64,000 bases of DNA from an uncultured Chloroflexia bacterium (lineage in GTDB: Bacteria; Chloroflexota; Limnocylindria; QHBO01). Below, piece by piece: positions 37,733 to 46,780 of the stretch. Where the stretch lies: the NCBI GenBank assembly GCA_963828485.1, contig CAWHEV010000009.1, forward strand, positions 775,318-839,317, in the 5' to 3' direction. The notes beneath the pieces are model-generated. The model had not been told where the DNA came from. It saw nothing but the letters and a program-made list of their open reading frames with translations, and made no database searches. The translations under genes and the position numbers were made by a program. Each line of letters begins with the position of its first letter. Positions within the stretch are counted from its first letter, which is position 1.

Positions 37733-38240
37733 CGTTCGGCTCTCCGATCAGCGCCGCGCGACGCAGGGCGCGGTACTGGAGCACGCGGGCATTGCCGTTG
37801 CTGATCCCCAGGGCGACCGCGGTCTCGGCCACGGTCTTGCGCTCGAGGAAGCGGAGCTCGAGGACGCGTCGGTAGTGGTCGGGAAGGCGTCTCAGAAGCG
37901 CCTGGACGCGCACGCGAGCCGTATCGTCCGGCTCCGGCTGTGGCTTGCCGGACTCGTCGGCCGGCTCCCAGCCGGGAGCGACGTGATCGGCCCCGACGAC
38001 CGGCAGCCGGTAGAACGCGCGCCAGTAGTCGGCCGTCGCGTTGTGCGCCACCCGGTACAGCCACGCGGCGACCTGCCGCGGATCGCGCGACGTGTCGAGC
38101 TGCTCGACGGCGCGCACGAAGACCTGGGCGGTCAGGTCCTCGGCATCGGGGTGGTTTCCCACCCGCGCGTAGATGAACCGATAGATGCCGACGACGTGAT
38201 CGTCGTAGACCTGCTCGAAGGGTCCCGAACCGGTGGCCAT
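37725..38240 (-). CDS. ECF (sigma-70 family group IV) RNA polymerase sigma factor
   Basis: Region 2 (YRFIYARVGNHPDAEDLTAQVFVRA) and region 4 HTH (KTVAETAVALGISNGNARVLQYRALRR). Confidence 0.8.
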   Translation of the reverse strand: MATGSGPFEQVYDDHVVGIYRFIYARVGNHPDAEDLTAQVFVRAVEQLDTSRDPRQVAAWLYRVAHNATADYWRAFYRLPVVGADHVAPGWEPADESGKPQPEPDDTARVRVQALLRRLPDHYRRVLELRFLERKTVAETAVALGISNGNARVLQYRALRRAALIGEPNDG

Positions 38241-38264
38241 CTCACCGATGCGGTACGACCGCGG

Positions 38265-38768
38265 TTACGCTCGGGGCCGCAGCGGAGCGACGAGGGCGGC
38301 GACTTCCTCGAGGAATCGCGCGTCGGTCTCGTCGAAGGCATCGAGGTCCGAGCCGTCGACGTCGATCTCGCCGATGACCTTGCCGCCATCGAAGATCGGC
38401 ACGACGATCTCGCTTCGCGTGCTCGCGAAGCAGGCCAGGTAGCGGGGATCGGCGTTCACATCGGGCACGATCTCGGTCCTGCCCGAGGCCGCTGCCGCCC
38501 CGCACACCCCGGTGCCGATCGGGATCCTGGTGTGCTCGGTGGCCTCCGGCCCGCTCCATGGCCCGAGCACGAGGTCGGTTCCATCGACCCAGTAGATGCC
38601 GACCCAGTCGTAGTGGGCGAAGCGGGAGCGCAGCTGCTCGACGACGCGCTGCGCCGCGGTCTCGGGATGCGGCGCATCGGCGATCGCTGCTCGCAGGCCA
38701 TTGAGCGCGTCGCCGTGGGCCGCCGGGCGCTCCTCCGCGACCGGGTGGCTCACTGGCGCGCTGCCCAT
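38265..38768 (-). CDS. GAF domain protein (free Met-sulfoxide reductase / YebR-like)
   Basis: YDWVGIYWV...GVCG...IVVPI pattern typical of single-domain GAF proteins. Confidence 0.65.
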   Translation of the reverse strand: MGSAPVSHPVAEERPAAHGDALNGLRAAIADAPHPETAAQRVVEQLRSRFAHYDWVGIYWVDGTDLVLGPWSGPEATEHTRIPIGTGVCGAAAASGRTEIVPDVNADPRYLACFASTRSEIVVPIFDGGKVIGEIDVDGSDLDAFDETDARFLEEVAALVAPLRPRA

Positions 38769-39127
38769 CGCTCCGCCCACAGGTCGATGGCGACGATTGC
38801 CCCTCGCAGCTCGTCGCCCTTGGCCGTGAGCGAGTACTCGACCCACGGCGGCATGGCGCTGATCTCGCGCCGCTCGACGAGGTTCTCGTCCTCGAGCAGC
38901 TTGAGCCGCTGCGACAGCGTGGCGGAGTTGGCTCCGCCGAGGGCGTCCTGGAGCTCGCAGAAGCGCTGCGTCCGCTCACCGAGGGCGCGAATGATGCGAA
39001 GGACCCACTTCTGGCCCAGCACGTTGAGAGCCGTGGTCGCGGCGCATTCGGCGCGCTGGGCGGCCTCGCGCCTCGCGGCTCTCGAGCGAACGGACGTCTG
39101 GGGGGTGGGCACTTGGGCTGCGTCCAT
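38750..39127 (-). CDS. HxlR-family transcriptional regulator
   Basis: LGQKWVLRIIRAL...RFCELQ winged-helix signature of HxlR/YtcD regulators. Confidence 0.7.
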   Translation of the reverse strand: MDAAQVPTPQTSVRSRAARREAAQRAECAATTALNVLGQKWVLRIIRALGERTQRFCELQDALGGANSATLSQRLKLLEDENLVERREISAMPPWVEYSLTAKGDELRGAIVAIDLWAERWAARQ

Positions 39128-39184
39128 CAGGACGCGAACCCTAGCACCGCACCGCCCCGCCCTCAACCGGTGCCCGGCGCGGGG

Positions 39185-39532
39185 TCAGCCCTCGACGGTG
39201 ATCGTCATGTTCATGGACGAGTGGACCGTGCAGGTGATGTTGTAGGTGCCCGGCTCGTCGAACGTCACGTCGATGTCGGATCCGCCCTGCTCGTCGACGA
39301 TCGGATCGTCGTCGGCGACGCCATCGGAGCCCTCGGTGACGGTGTGGCCGGAGGTGTCGGTGAAGGTCACTGTCGTGCCGGCCTGGATCGTCAGCGACGA
39401 CGGAGAGAACTGGGATCCGGAGAGCGAGACCGTCTCGCCGCCATTCTCATCGGGCGCCGATGAAGCCTCGCCTCCGCCGCCGCAGGCGGCCAGGGTCAGC
39501 ACGATCGTGAGCAGGATTCCGGCGAACGCCAT
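39185..39532 (-). CDS. cupredoxin (type 1 blue copper) lipoprotein
   Basis: Lipobox LTLAACGGG; copper ligand pattern GHTVT...CTVHSSM (His, Cys, His, Met). Confidence 0.6.
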   Translation of the reverse strand: MAFAGILLTIVLTLAACGGGGEASSAPDENGGETVSLSGSQFSPSSLTIQAGTTVTFTDTSGHTVTEGSDGVADDDPIVDEQGGSDIDVTFDEPGTYNITCTVHSSMNMTITVEG

Positions 39533-39682
39533 CGGTCGTGATCGGTGCACAGGTGTCTCTCCCGTTGATCGAGGATGCTGGGCTCGGGTCTCAGCGGGTG
39601 TACGCCGAACGTTACCGCCCGCAGAGGTATTTGACGCCCCCCGGCAGGGCACGCATAGTGCGGTGGCCCACCTTCAGCCCCG

Positions 39683-40460
39683 CGTGTCGAGCATGCCGCA
39701 GACCACGATCTACGTCTCGCCCCGCTCCCTCGGGGCACCCGACCAGCGACCGCCCGCGGTCGTCACCACCGACCTCGCGCGCCTCTTTGCGGGGAGCGCG
39801 GCCCTGGCCGGCGTTTCGGTGACCATCGAGGCCGGTCGAGCCGTCGCGCTCATGGGACCGAACGGCGCCGGCAAGACGACGTTGCTGCGGGTGCTGGCCA
39901 CGGCGATCCGCCCCTCGTTCGGGACGGCGCGTGTCGATGGGCTCGATCTCGACCGGGATGCGGGCATCGTGCGCGAGCGCGTCGCCTACCTGTCCCACGA
40001 CACCGGCCTGTACGACGACCTCACCGCTCGCGAGAACCTCGACTTCGCGGCCACGATGCTCGACACGCCCGACCGGGACGCCAGGGTGGCCCGAGCGCTG
40101 GCCGACGTGGGCCTGGCGGGGCGCGCCGACGAGCGCGTGCGGAGCTTCTCAGCGGGCATGCGCAAGCGACTCGCGCTCGGTCGCATCCTGCTCGGCCAGG
40201 CCTCCCTGGTGCTGCTGGACGAGCCGATGGCCGCCCTCGACGACGAGGGCATGGGCCTGGTCGAGCTGCTGCTGGCGGCCTGGAAGGAGGTCGGCGTCAC
40301 GGTCCTCGTCGCCTCGCACAGCACCGAGCGCCTCGAGCCGCACCTCGACGCTCGGGTCGTGCTCGACCGCGGCCTCGTCGCGGAGGTGAGCGGCGTCGGG
40401 GTCATCAGCAGTCCGGTGACCGTCCCGGTCGATCCGCGGCCGGCGGTCGCGTCCCGATGA
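39683..40460 (+). CDS. ccmA: haem exporter ATP-binding protein CcmA
   Basis: Walker A GPNGAGKTT and signature FSAGMRKRL. First gene of the ccm cluster. Confidence 0.85.
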
Positions 40461-41146
40461 GTGCCCTTCGCCGCGAGGCAACGCTCGCGCTGGCGATCGC
40501 GCGCAAGGACGCGCGAGCCGAGCTGCGCGGGCGCCACGCCGTCGTCGGCGCGCTCTTCTTCGCGGCCGTCGTGCTTCTGCTGTTCGGCTTCGCGCTGGGG
40601 CCGGATCGGGCGCGTCTCGCCGCCGCGGCGCCGGGCCTCCTGTGGCTCGCGCTCGTCTTCGCCGGCATCCTGGCGGTCAACCGGCTCCACCTCCTGGAGA
40701 CCGATGATGGGGCGCTCGACCAGCTCGCCCTCTACCCGGTCCCGCGACGGGCCATCTATGCCGGCAAGGCGCTGGGCGGCTTCGCGCTCATGCTGGCGCT
40801 CGGGCTGGTCGTCCTCGGCGCGGTCGGCATCCTGTTCGCCGTCGACATTCGGGCCGGATGGCTGCCGCTCCTGGCCACGATCGTCCTCGGCACGATCGGC
40901 ATCGCCGCTGTCGGCACCTTCTACGCCGGCCTGACCGTTCGGCTTCGCGCGCGGGAGGTGATGCTGCCTCTGCTCATGCTCCCGATCCTCGCGCCGCTGC
41001 TGCTCGCGGCGGTGGAGGCGACGACCGCCTCGCTCGCCGGCGACCCGATGGGGGAGCTCGGGGCGTGGCTGCAGCTGCTCGCGGCGTTCGACGTCATCAT
41101 GATCGCCGCCGGGGCCGCGACCTACGGCTACCTGCTGGAGGACTGA
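40457..41146 (+). CDS. ccmB: haem exporter permease CcmB
   Basis: CcmB-like six-TM protein. ATGA overlap with ccmA. Confidence 0.8.
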   Translation: MSALRREATLALAIARKDARAELRGRHAVVGALFFAAVVLLLFGFALGPDRARLAAAAPGLLWLALVFAGILAVNRLHLLETDDGALDQLALYPVPRRAIYAGKALGGFALMLALGLVVLGAVGILFAVDIRAGWLPLLATIVLGTIGIAAVGTFYAGLTVRLRAREVMLPLLMLPILAPLLLAAVEATTASLAGDPMGELGAWLQLLAAFDVIMIAAGAATYGYLLED

Positions 41147-41859
41147 TGAAGACCCGCATCCTGGGGTTCGTGGCCGCGGCCGCGGTCGCGGTGGCGACCA
41201 TCGTCGCGCTGTTCGTGGTGCCCGCGGACCTCAACCAGGGCGATGCCCAGCGGATCATGTACGTCCACGTCTCCTCGGCCTGGCTGGCATACCTGTCATT
41301 CGGCGTGACCGCCATCGGCGGGGTGCTGTGGCTGTGGAAGCGGGACCTGCGCTACGACGCCGTCGCCCTGTCGGGCGCGGAGATCGGCGTCATGTTCACG
41401 GCATTCGCGATCTGGGGCGGGATGATGTGGGGCCGTCCAGTGTGGGGCGTCTTCTGGCAATGGGAGGACCCTCGCCTGACCACCACGGCGCTGCTCCTGG
41501 CGCTGTACGTCGGCTACCTCCTCTTCCGCCGCCTGACCGATGACCCCGAGCGGCGGGCGACGCGCGCCGCGATCGTTGGCATCGTGGCCGCCATCGACAT
41601 CCCGATCGTCCACTTCAGCGTCGAGTGGTGGCGCGGCCTGCACCAGGGCGCCACGATCGGGTCCCCGGACCGGGTGCTGAACCCGGCGGCACCGATGGCC
41701 TTCGTCGGTACGCTGCTCTTCATGCTCTCCGCGTTCACCCTGACGTGGCTCTACCTCATGATCCGGCGCTACCAGCTCGCGCGCGCACAGACCGAGAGGG
41801 AGCAGTCGGAGCGCCTGGATCGGCTCACCTCCGCAAGAACCGCGGAGGCGTCTCGATGA
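41146..41859 (+). CDS. ccmC: haem exporter protein CcmC
   Basis: WWD motif WGVFWQWEDPRL and conserved His residues. Confidence 0.85.
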   Translation: MKTRILGFVAAAAVAVATIVALFVVPADLNQGDAQRIMYVHVSSAWLAYLSFGVTAIGGVLWLWKRDLRYDAVALSGAEIGVMFTAFAIWGGMMWGRPVWGVFWQWEDPRLTTTALLLALYVGYLLFRRLTDDPERRATRAAIVGIVAAIDIPIVHFSVEWWRGLHQGATIGSPDRVLNPAAPMAFVGTLLFMLSAFTLTWLYLMIRRYQLARAQTEREQSERLDRLTSARTAEASR

Positions 41860-41954
41860 GCGACGTCGAGTTCGTCATCGCCGCCTACGGCGTGATCATC
41901 GGGGGCCTCGCGCTCTACACCGTCATGCTCTGGCGCCGCCTACGGTCGCAATGA
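41856..41954 (+). CDS. ccmD: haem exporter protein CcmD
   Basis: 32-aa single-TM peptide MSDVEFVIAAYGVIIGGLALYTVMLWRRLRSQ between ccmC and ccmE, with overlapping stop and start. Confidence 0.7.
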   Translation: MSDVEFVIAAYGVIIGGLALYTVMLWRRLRSQ

Positions 41955-42421
41955 CGGTCGCGCCGCCCGACGAGCCGGTGCTGCCGCCGCCGCGGAGGCC
42001 ATGGGGCATCGTCGTTCTCGTCGTGGTCGTGGTGGCGGTCATCGGCTATCTCGCCTTCTCGAGCGTCGGCAACGCGCTGGTTTACTACCAGACGCCAACC
42101 GAACTGCTGGCGATGGACGATCCGTGGGGTCGATCGGTCAGGTTGGGTGGCATGGTGCAAGAGGGCTCGCTGCAGCAGGGCGACGGGGGCGAGCTCATCT
42201 TTGTCCTTACCGATGGAGTTACCGACATCACGGTCATGTCGACGACCGTCCCGACGCGCTCGTTCCGAGAGGGCTCAGGAGCGGTCGTGGAGGGCTCGCT
42301 GAACACGCATGGCCTGTTCACCGCGACGCAGGTGATCGTGAAGCACGACGAGAACTACGTCGCGCCCGAGCCCGGCGCCGTCCCGTCGGACCGCGACTTC
42401 GACCCCGGTGAGGACTCGTGA
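41951..42421 (+). CDS. ccmE: haem chaperone CcmE
   Basis: N-terminal TM, OB-fold, and C-terminal haem-binding His in VKHDENY. Confidence 0.85.
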   Translation: MTVAPPDEPVLPPPRRPWGIVVLVVVVVAVIGYLAFSSVGNALVYYQTPTELLAMDDPWGRSVRLGGMVQEGSLQQGDGGELIFVLTDGVTDITVMSTTVPTRSFREGSGAVVEGSLNTHGLFTATQVIVKHDENYVAPEPGAVPSDRDFDPGEDS

Positions 42422-44427
42422 TCCCCGGCATCGGGCACGCGTCGGTCGTCGTCGGCCTGGGCCTGACGGCCTACGCGGCCGTGGCGTTCGTGCTGGCCGG
42501 GCGCGGCGGCGACCCGCGACTGGTGCGCAGTGGACGGCGCGCCGTCATCGGCTCCTTTGCGGCGGCCGGCATCGGCTGCGTGGCGATGATGATCTCGCTC
42601 CTGGGCCACGACTTCAGCGTGCTGTACGTGGCCGAGAACAATGCGACCACCACGCCGCCGTTCATCAGCGCCATCAGCCTGTGGGCCGCTCTCGAGGGCT
42701 CGATCCTGTTCTGGACGCTGTTGGCCACGGGCTGGGCCTCGCTGGTCCTGTGGCGGCACCGCGATCGCCACGCCGCGCTCATGCCGTGGGTCGGGGCCAC
42801 CCTCGCGCTCGTCAACGGGTTCTTCTTCGCCGTCATGGTCTGGCCGGGCAACCCGTTCGCGCTGACCACGCCGGTGGCCTCGGAGGGTCTCGGGCCGAAC
42901 GCCCTCCTCCAGAACCACCCGTTCATGGCGCTGCATCCGCCGCTGCTGTACCTGGGCTATACCGGCCTCGCCGTCCCGTTCGCGTTCGGCGTCGCGGCGC
43001 TGGTGACGCGGCGCCTGGACGAGGAGTGGCTCCGCATCGTTCGTCGCTGGACGCTCGTGCCCTGGACGTTCCTGACCCTGGGCATCACCGCCGGCGCGTG
43101 GTGGAGCTACGAGGTGCTGGGCTGGGGTGGCTACTGGGCCTGGGACCCCGTCGAGAACGCGGCCTTGCTCCCCTGGCTGACGGCGACCGCGTATCTCCAC
43201 TCGGCGATGGTCGCCGAGCGGCGCGGCGGCCTGCGCATCTGGACCGTGGCCCTCGTGATCGCCACCTTCACGCTGACGCTGGTGGGAACGTTCCTGACGC
43301 GCTCGGGCGTCGTGGCCAGCGTGCACTCCTTCACCCAGTCCGCGATCGGCCCGTGGTTCCTCGCCGCCATCGTCGTGGCGCTGGCGGGCGGCCTCACGCT
43401 CCTCGTCTGGCGGCTGCCCGGGCTCGTCGGTGGCGGCCGGCCGTCGGGCACGGTCAGCCGCGAGTCGGCCTTCCTGCTCAACAACGTGCTGTTCCTGGGC
43501 CTGACCTTCGCCGTCCTGTTCGGCACGCTGCTGCCGTTGCTGGTGGCCGCGACCAGCGGGGCCACGATCAGTGTCGGGGCGCCGTGGTTCAACGGCGTGA
43601 CCGTGCCGATCTTCGTCGCACTCCTGTTCCTGATGGGCATTGGTCCGGCCCTGCCGTGGGGAGCGGCATCGATGGCCACGGTGCGCGAGCGGTTCGGCCT
43701 GCCGCTGCTCGTCGCCGGGGTGGTGGCGGTGGCGGCATTCGCGCTCGGCCTGCGAGAGGCCGGGCCGCTCGGCACGCTGGCCCTGGCCGCCGGCGTCGCG
43801 ACGGTCATGCTGGACGAGGTCGTGCGCGGAGCCAGGTCCCGGGGCCGATCCCGCGGAGAGAACCCGGCAACGGCCACCTGGCGGCTCACCACCCGCAATC
43901 GCCGCCGGTACGGTGGGTACACGGTGCACCTCGGGGTCCTGGTCATGGCCGTCGCCGTCGCCGTCTCCTCCGGCATGGCCATCGACCGTACCGTGATCCT
44001 GGCGCCGGGGGAGTCGGCAGCCATCGGTCCCTACACCGTCACCCATGAGCGGCTGGTGGTCGAGCCCCTGGCCAACGATGCCCGGGTGATCGAGACGCGT
44101 GCCGAGCTCAGGTACGCCGGCTCGCGCGCCGGATCGCTGCGCACCGCTCTGCGCGACTACCCGAGCTCGCCGACCGCCATCGCGACGCCGGCGGTGAGCA
44201 CCTCGCTCGGCGACGACCTGTACGTGACTCTGCTGGCATCGGATGCCGCGAGCGGGACGGTGACGCTGCATCTGTTCGTGAACCCGCTCGTCGTCTGGAT
44301 CTGGATCGGCGGGGCCATCGTCGGGGTCGGGGCCGCCTTCGCCGCCTGGCCCGAGCGCAGGACGGTGGCGGTGCGCGCCGAGCAGCCACATGCGGTGCCG
44401 GGCGCCGCCTCGGTCGAGGGAGCCTGA
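42418..44427 (+). CDS. ccmF: cytochrome c haem lyase subunit CcmF
   Basis: WWD domain WGGYWAWDPVENAAL; 669-aa polytopic protein. Confidence 0.9.
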   Translation: MIPGIGHASVVVGLGLTAYAAVAFVLAGRGGDPRLVRSGRRAVIGSFAAAGIGCVAMMISLLGHDFSVLYVAENNATTTPPFISAISLWAALEGSILFWTLLATGWASLVLWRHRDRHAALMPWVGATLALVNGFFFAVMVWPGNPFALTTPVASEGLGPNALLQNHPFMALHPPLLYLGYTGLAVPFAFGVAALVTRRLDEEWLRIVRRWTLVPWTFLTLGITAGAWWSYEVLGWGGYWAWDPVENAALLPWLTATAYLHSAMVAERRGGLRIWTVALVIATFTLTLVGTFLTRSGVVASVHSFTQSAIGPWFLAAIVVALAGGLTLLVWRLPGLVGGGRPSGTVSRESAFLLNNVLFLGLTFAVLFGTLLPLLVAATSGATISVGAPWFNGVTVPIFVALLFLMGIGPALPWGAASMATVRERFGLPLLVAGVVAVAAFALGLREAGPLGTLALAAGVATVMLDEVVRGARSRGRSRGENPATATWRLTTRNRRRYGGYTVHLGVLVMAVAVAVSSGMAIDRTVILAPGESAAIGPYTVTHERLVVEPLANDARVIETRAELRYAGSRAGSLRTALRDYPSSPTAIATPAVSTSLGDDLYVTLLASDAASGTVTLHLFVNPLVVWIWIGGAIVGVGAAFAAWPERRTVAVRAEQPHAVPGAASVEGA

Positions 44428-44432
44428 GGCCG

Positions 44433-44954
44433 ATGCGCTACCTCCGCTGGCTCCTGGTCCCGATCGTGGTCATCCCGCTCGCCTGGCTGCTGTACACCGG
44501 GTTCTCGCGGGATCCGAGCGAGATCGCCTCGCCGCTCATCGGCCAGCCGGCGCCGGAATGGCGCCTGGAGACGCTCGACGGCGAGCTCTTCGCCAGCGCG
44601 GACCTGGCCGGCGAGCCGTACGTCATCAACTTCTGGGCGTCGTGGTGCGTGCCGTACTGCGTCGACGAGCATCCGGTCCTGGCCGAGGCATACGAGGCTG
44701 ACGGCGTGACGATCGTCGGCATCCTCTACCAGGACGACCCGATCGACGCCCAGGTGTTCCTGGCGCGCTACGGCGACGCCGGGTACGCCCACCTCGTCGA
44801 CGAGGGCGGCTGGATCGCCATCGACTTCGGCGTGACCGGTCCGCCGGAGTCCTACTTCGTCGACGCCGACGGGATCCTGCGCGCCAAGCAGTTCGGTCCG
44901 CTCACGACAGCGACCATGGACGAGCACCTCGCCACGATCGGGGTGACGCCGTGA
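44433..44954 (+). CDS. ccmG: thiol:disulfide oxidoreductase CcmG/DsbE with atypical CXXXC site
   Basis: TlpA/DsbE-like fold. Active site reads WASWCVPYC (C-V-P-Y-C) instead of the usual WCxPC. Confidence 0.8.
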   Translation: MRYLRWLLVPIVVIPLAWLLYTGFSRDPSEIASPLIGQPAPEWRLETLDGELFASADLAGEPYVINFWASWCVPYCVDEHPVLAEAYEADGVTIVGILYQDDPIDAQVFLARYGDAGYAHLVDEGGWIAIDFGVTGPPESYFVDADGILRAKQFGPLTTATMDEHLATIGVTP

Positions 44955-45400
44955 GCCGCTGGTTCGCGGTGGCCGGCGTGGGGCTGCTGGTCGCCATCGT
45001 GGGGCTGATCCTCCTGCGTCCGAACCTGGCGATGACCGATGCGCAGCGCGCCGAGGCGCTGGCTGCGGGCCTGCGCTGCCCGGACTGCGCCGGCCTCTCG
45101 GTCGCCGACTCGCATACCGCCTCCGCGGTCGAGATCCGGCGCCAGATCGACGAGCAGCTCGCCGCGGGTGCGACCGACGCCGACGTCCGCCAGCACTTCA
45201 CCGACCGCTACGGCGACTGGATCCTGCTGGCGCCCACCGCTCCGGCGTGGTGGCTGCTGCCCTTCGCCGTCGTGCTGGTCGGCGTCCTCGCCCTCGCGGC
45301 GTGGCTCGTTCGCCGCAGAGCCGAGCCGGCCGAGCCGGTGGCGGTCACGGACGACGAGCGGCGGCTCCTCCACGAAGAGGCTGAGGCGCTCGATGCCTGA
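44951..45400 (+). CDS. ccmH: cytochrome c-type biogenesis protein CcmH
   Basis: LRCPDCAG motif and C-terminal TM helix. Confidence 0.85.
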   Translation: MSRWFAVAGVGLLVAIVGLILLRPNLAMTDAQRAEALAAGLRCPDCAGLSVADSHTASAVEIRRQIDEQLAAGATDADVRQHFTDRYGDWILLAPTAPAWWLLPFAVVLVGVLALAAWLVRRRAEPAEPVAVTDDERRLLHEEAEALDA

Positions 45401-46260
45401 GATCGCCATCCTCGCGATCGGCCTTGCGGTGGCCGGCGCCTTCGCGCTCGTCCCGCTGTGGCGAAGCCCGGCGCCGGAGGCAGCCCCAGACGAGCAGGAC
45501 GCCGCGCGAGATCCGCCACCGGGTGGCCCTCGAGGCGCTGCGCGACGTCGAGGCGGATCACCGCTCCGGGTCGCTCGACGACGCCGCATACGAGAGGCAG
45601 CTGGCGGAGGCCGAGGCTCACGCCGCGACCACGCGGGCGGCCCTGGATGAGGCGTCGCCGTCCACCGCGCCGTCCTCGAGCTCACGGGGCCGCGCCGCCG
45701 CCACGATCGCCGCGGGCGTCATCGGACTCGTGCTTGTCGCCGGCTCCATGGTCGAGGCCACCGGCATCGCCAACGCCACGGTCGTGAACGAGTCCCTGGC
45801 CGCCACGCAGGCCGCGGAGGCGGCACGCCAGGCCCGCATCACGGAGCTGCTGGCCCTGGTTGCCGCCGATCCGACCGACGCGACGGCGCTCTCCGACCTC
45901 GCCGATGCCTACCTCGCCGGATCCACCGGCGACGACCTCGCCCGCGCCGCCGCCGCGCTCCAGCTCCTCATCAACGCCGAACCGGGTCGGGCCGATGCCT
46001 ACGAGCGCCTCATGACCGCCTACCTGCGCGCCGGCGACTACGCGAACGCTCGAGCGGTCCATGACTCCTATGCAGCCCTCGACACGGCGGATCCGGTCGA
46101 GGAGGCGTTCTTCGATGGAGTCATCGCGCTCCGCGGCGAGGACGACGCGGATACGGCGCTCGCGGCGTTCGAGCGGTTCCTGGAGCTTGCGCCCGACGAC
46201 CCGCGGGCCGGCATGATCGAGGGTCTGCGTGACGAAGCCGCTGCGGATACCGGGCCCTAG
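45393..46260 (+). CDS. ccmI: cytochrome c biogenesis TPR protein CcmI/CycH (apparent frameshift)
   Basis: TM N-terminus MPEIAILAIGLAVAGAFALVPLWR in one frame. The downstream EIRHRVALEALRDVEADHRSGSLDDAAYERQLAEAE and TPR-like repeats continue in the next frame (junction near 45495-45510). Confidence 0.65.
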
Positions 46261-46275
46261 CCGCGATCTGAGGGG

Positions 46276-46739
46276 CTACGCCTCAGCGATTGGCCCGAGC
46301 ATGCGCTCCAGGGCGGCGAGGTCGTCGGGGCCAAGGCGATCGAGAAAGTGCTCGCCCACGCCGCGAAGGTGGGTGGGTGTGGCGTCGCGCAGGCGCCTGT
46401 GGCCGGCATCGGTCAGTGAGGCCCATTGGCCTCGCCGATCGGTCTCGCACACGACCCGTTCGACGAGGCCCTCGGCAACCAGGCGGTCGACCAGGCGCGT
46501 GGCGCCCGAGCGCGAGAGGAGCAATGCGTCGGCAAGCTCGCTCATGCGCAGGCGGCGCTCCGGAGCGATCTCGAGCTGGACGAGCACGTCGTAATCGGTC
46601 AGGGCCAGCCCCACCTCGGCGGCGAGCTCCGCCTCGAGCGCGCGCGTGACCTGCGCGTGGGCGCGCAGGAACGACCGCCATGCCGCAAGGCGTGGGTCGC
46701 GGACGGTGATCGTGCGAGGCTGCGAGACGACGGCTGACA
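46276..46739 (-). CDS. MarR-family transcriptional regulator
   Basis: LTDYDVLVQLE...MSELADALLLSRSGATRLVDRLVAEGLVER winged HTH. Confidence 0.7.
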
Positions 46740-46780
46740 TAGTTGCACCGTCAAGGATACAGGTGGGCGACAATCGCGGC

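Noticed and set aside
46262-46287. Short hairpin (CTGAGG-N7-CCTCAG) after ccmI
   Set aside because: Only a 6-bp stem with no U-tract, and it overlaps the 3' end of the convergent marR gene. Too weak to call a terminator.
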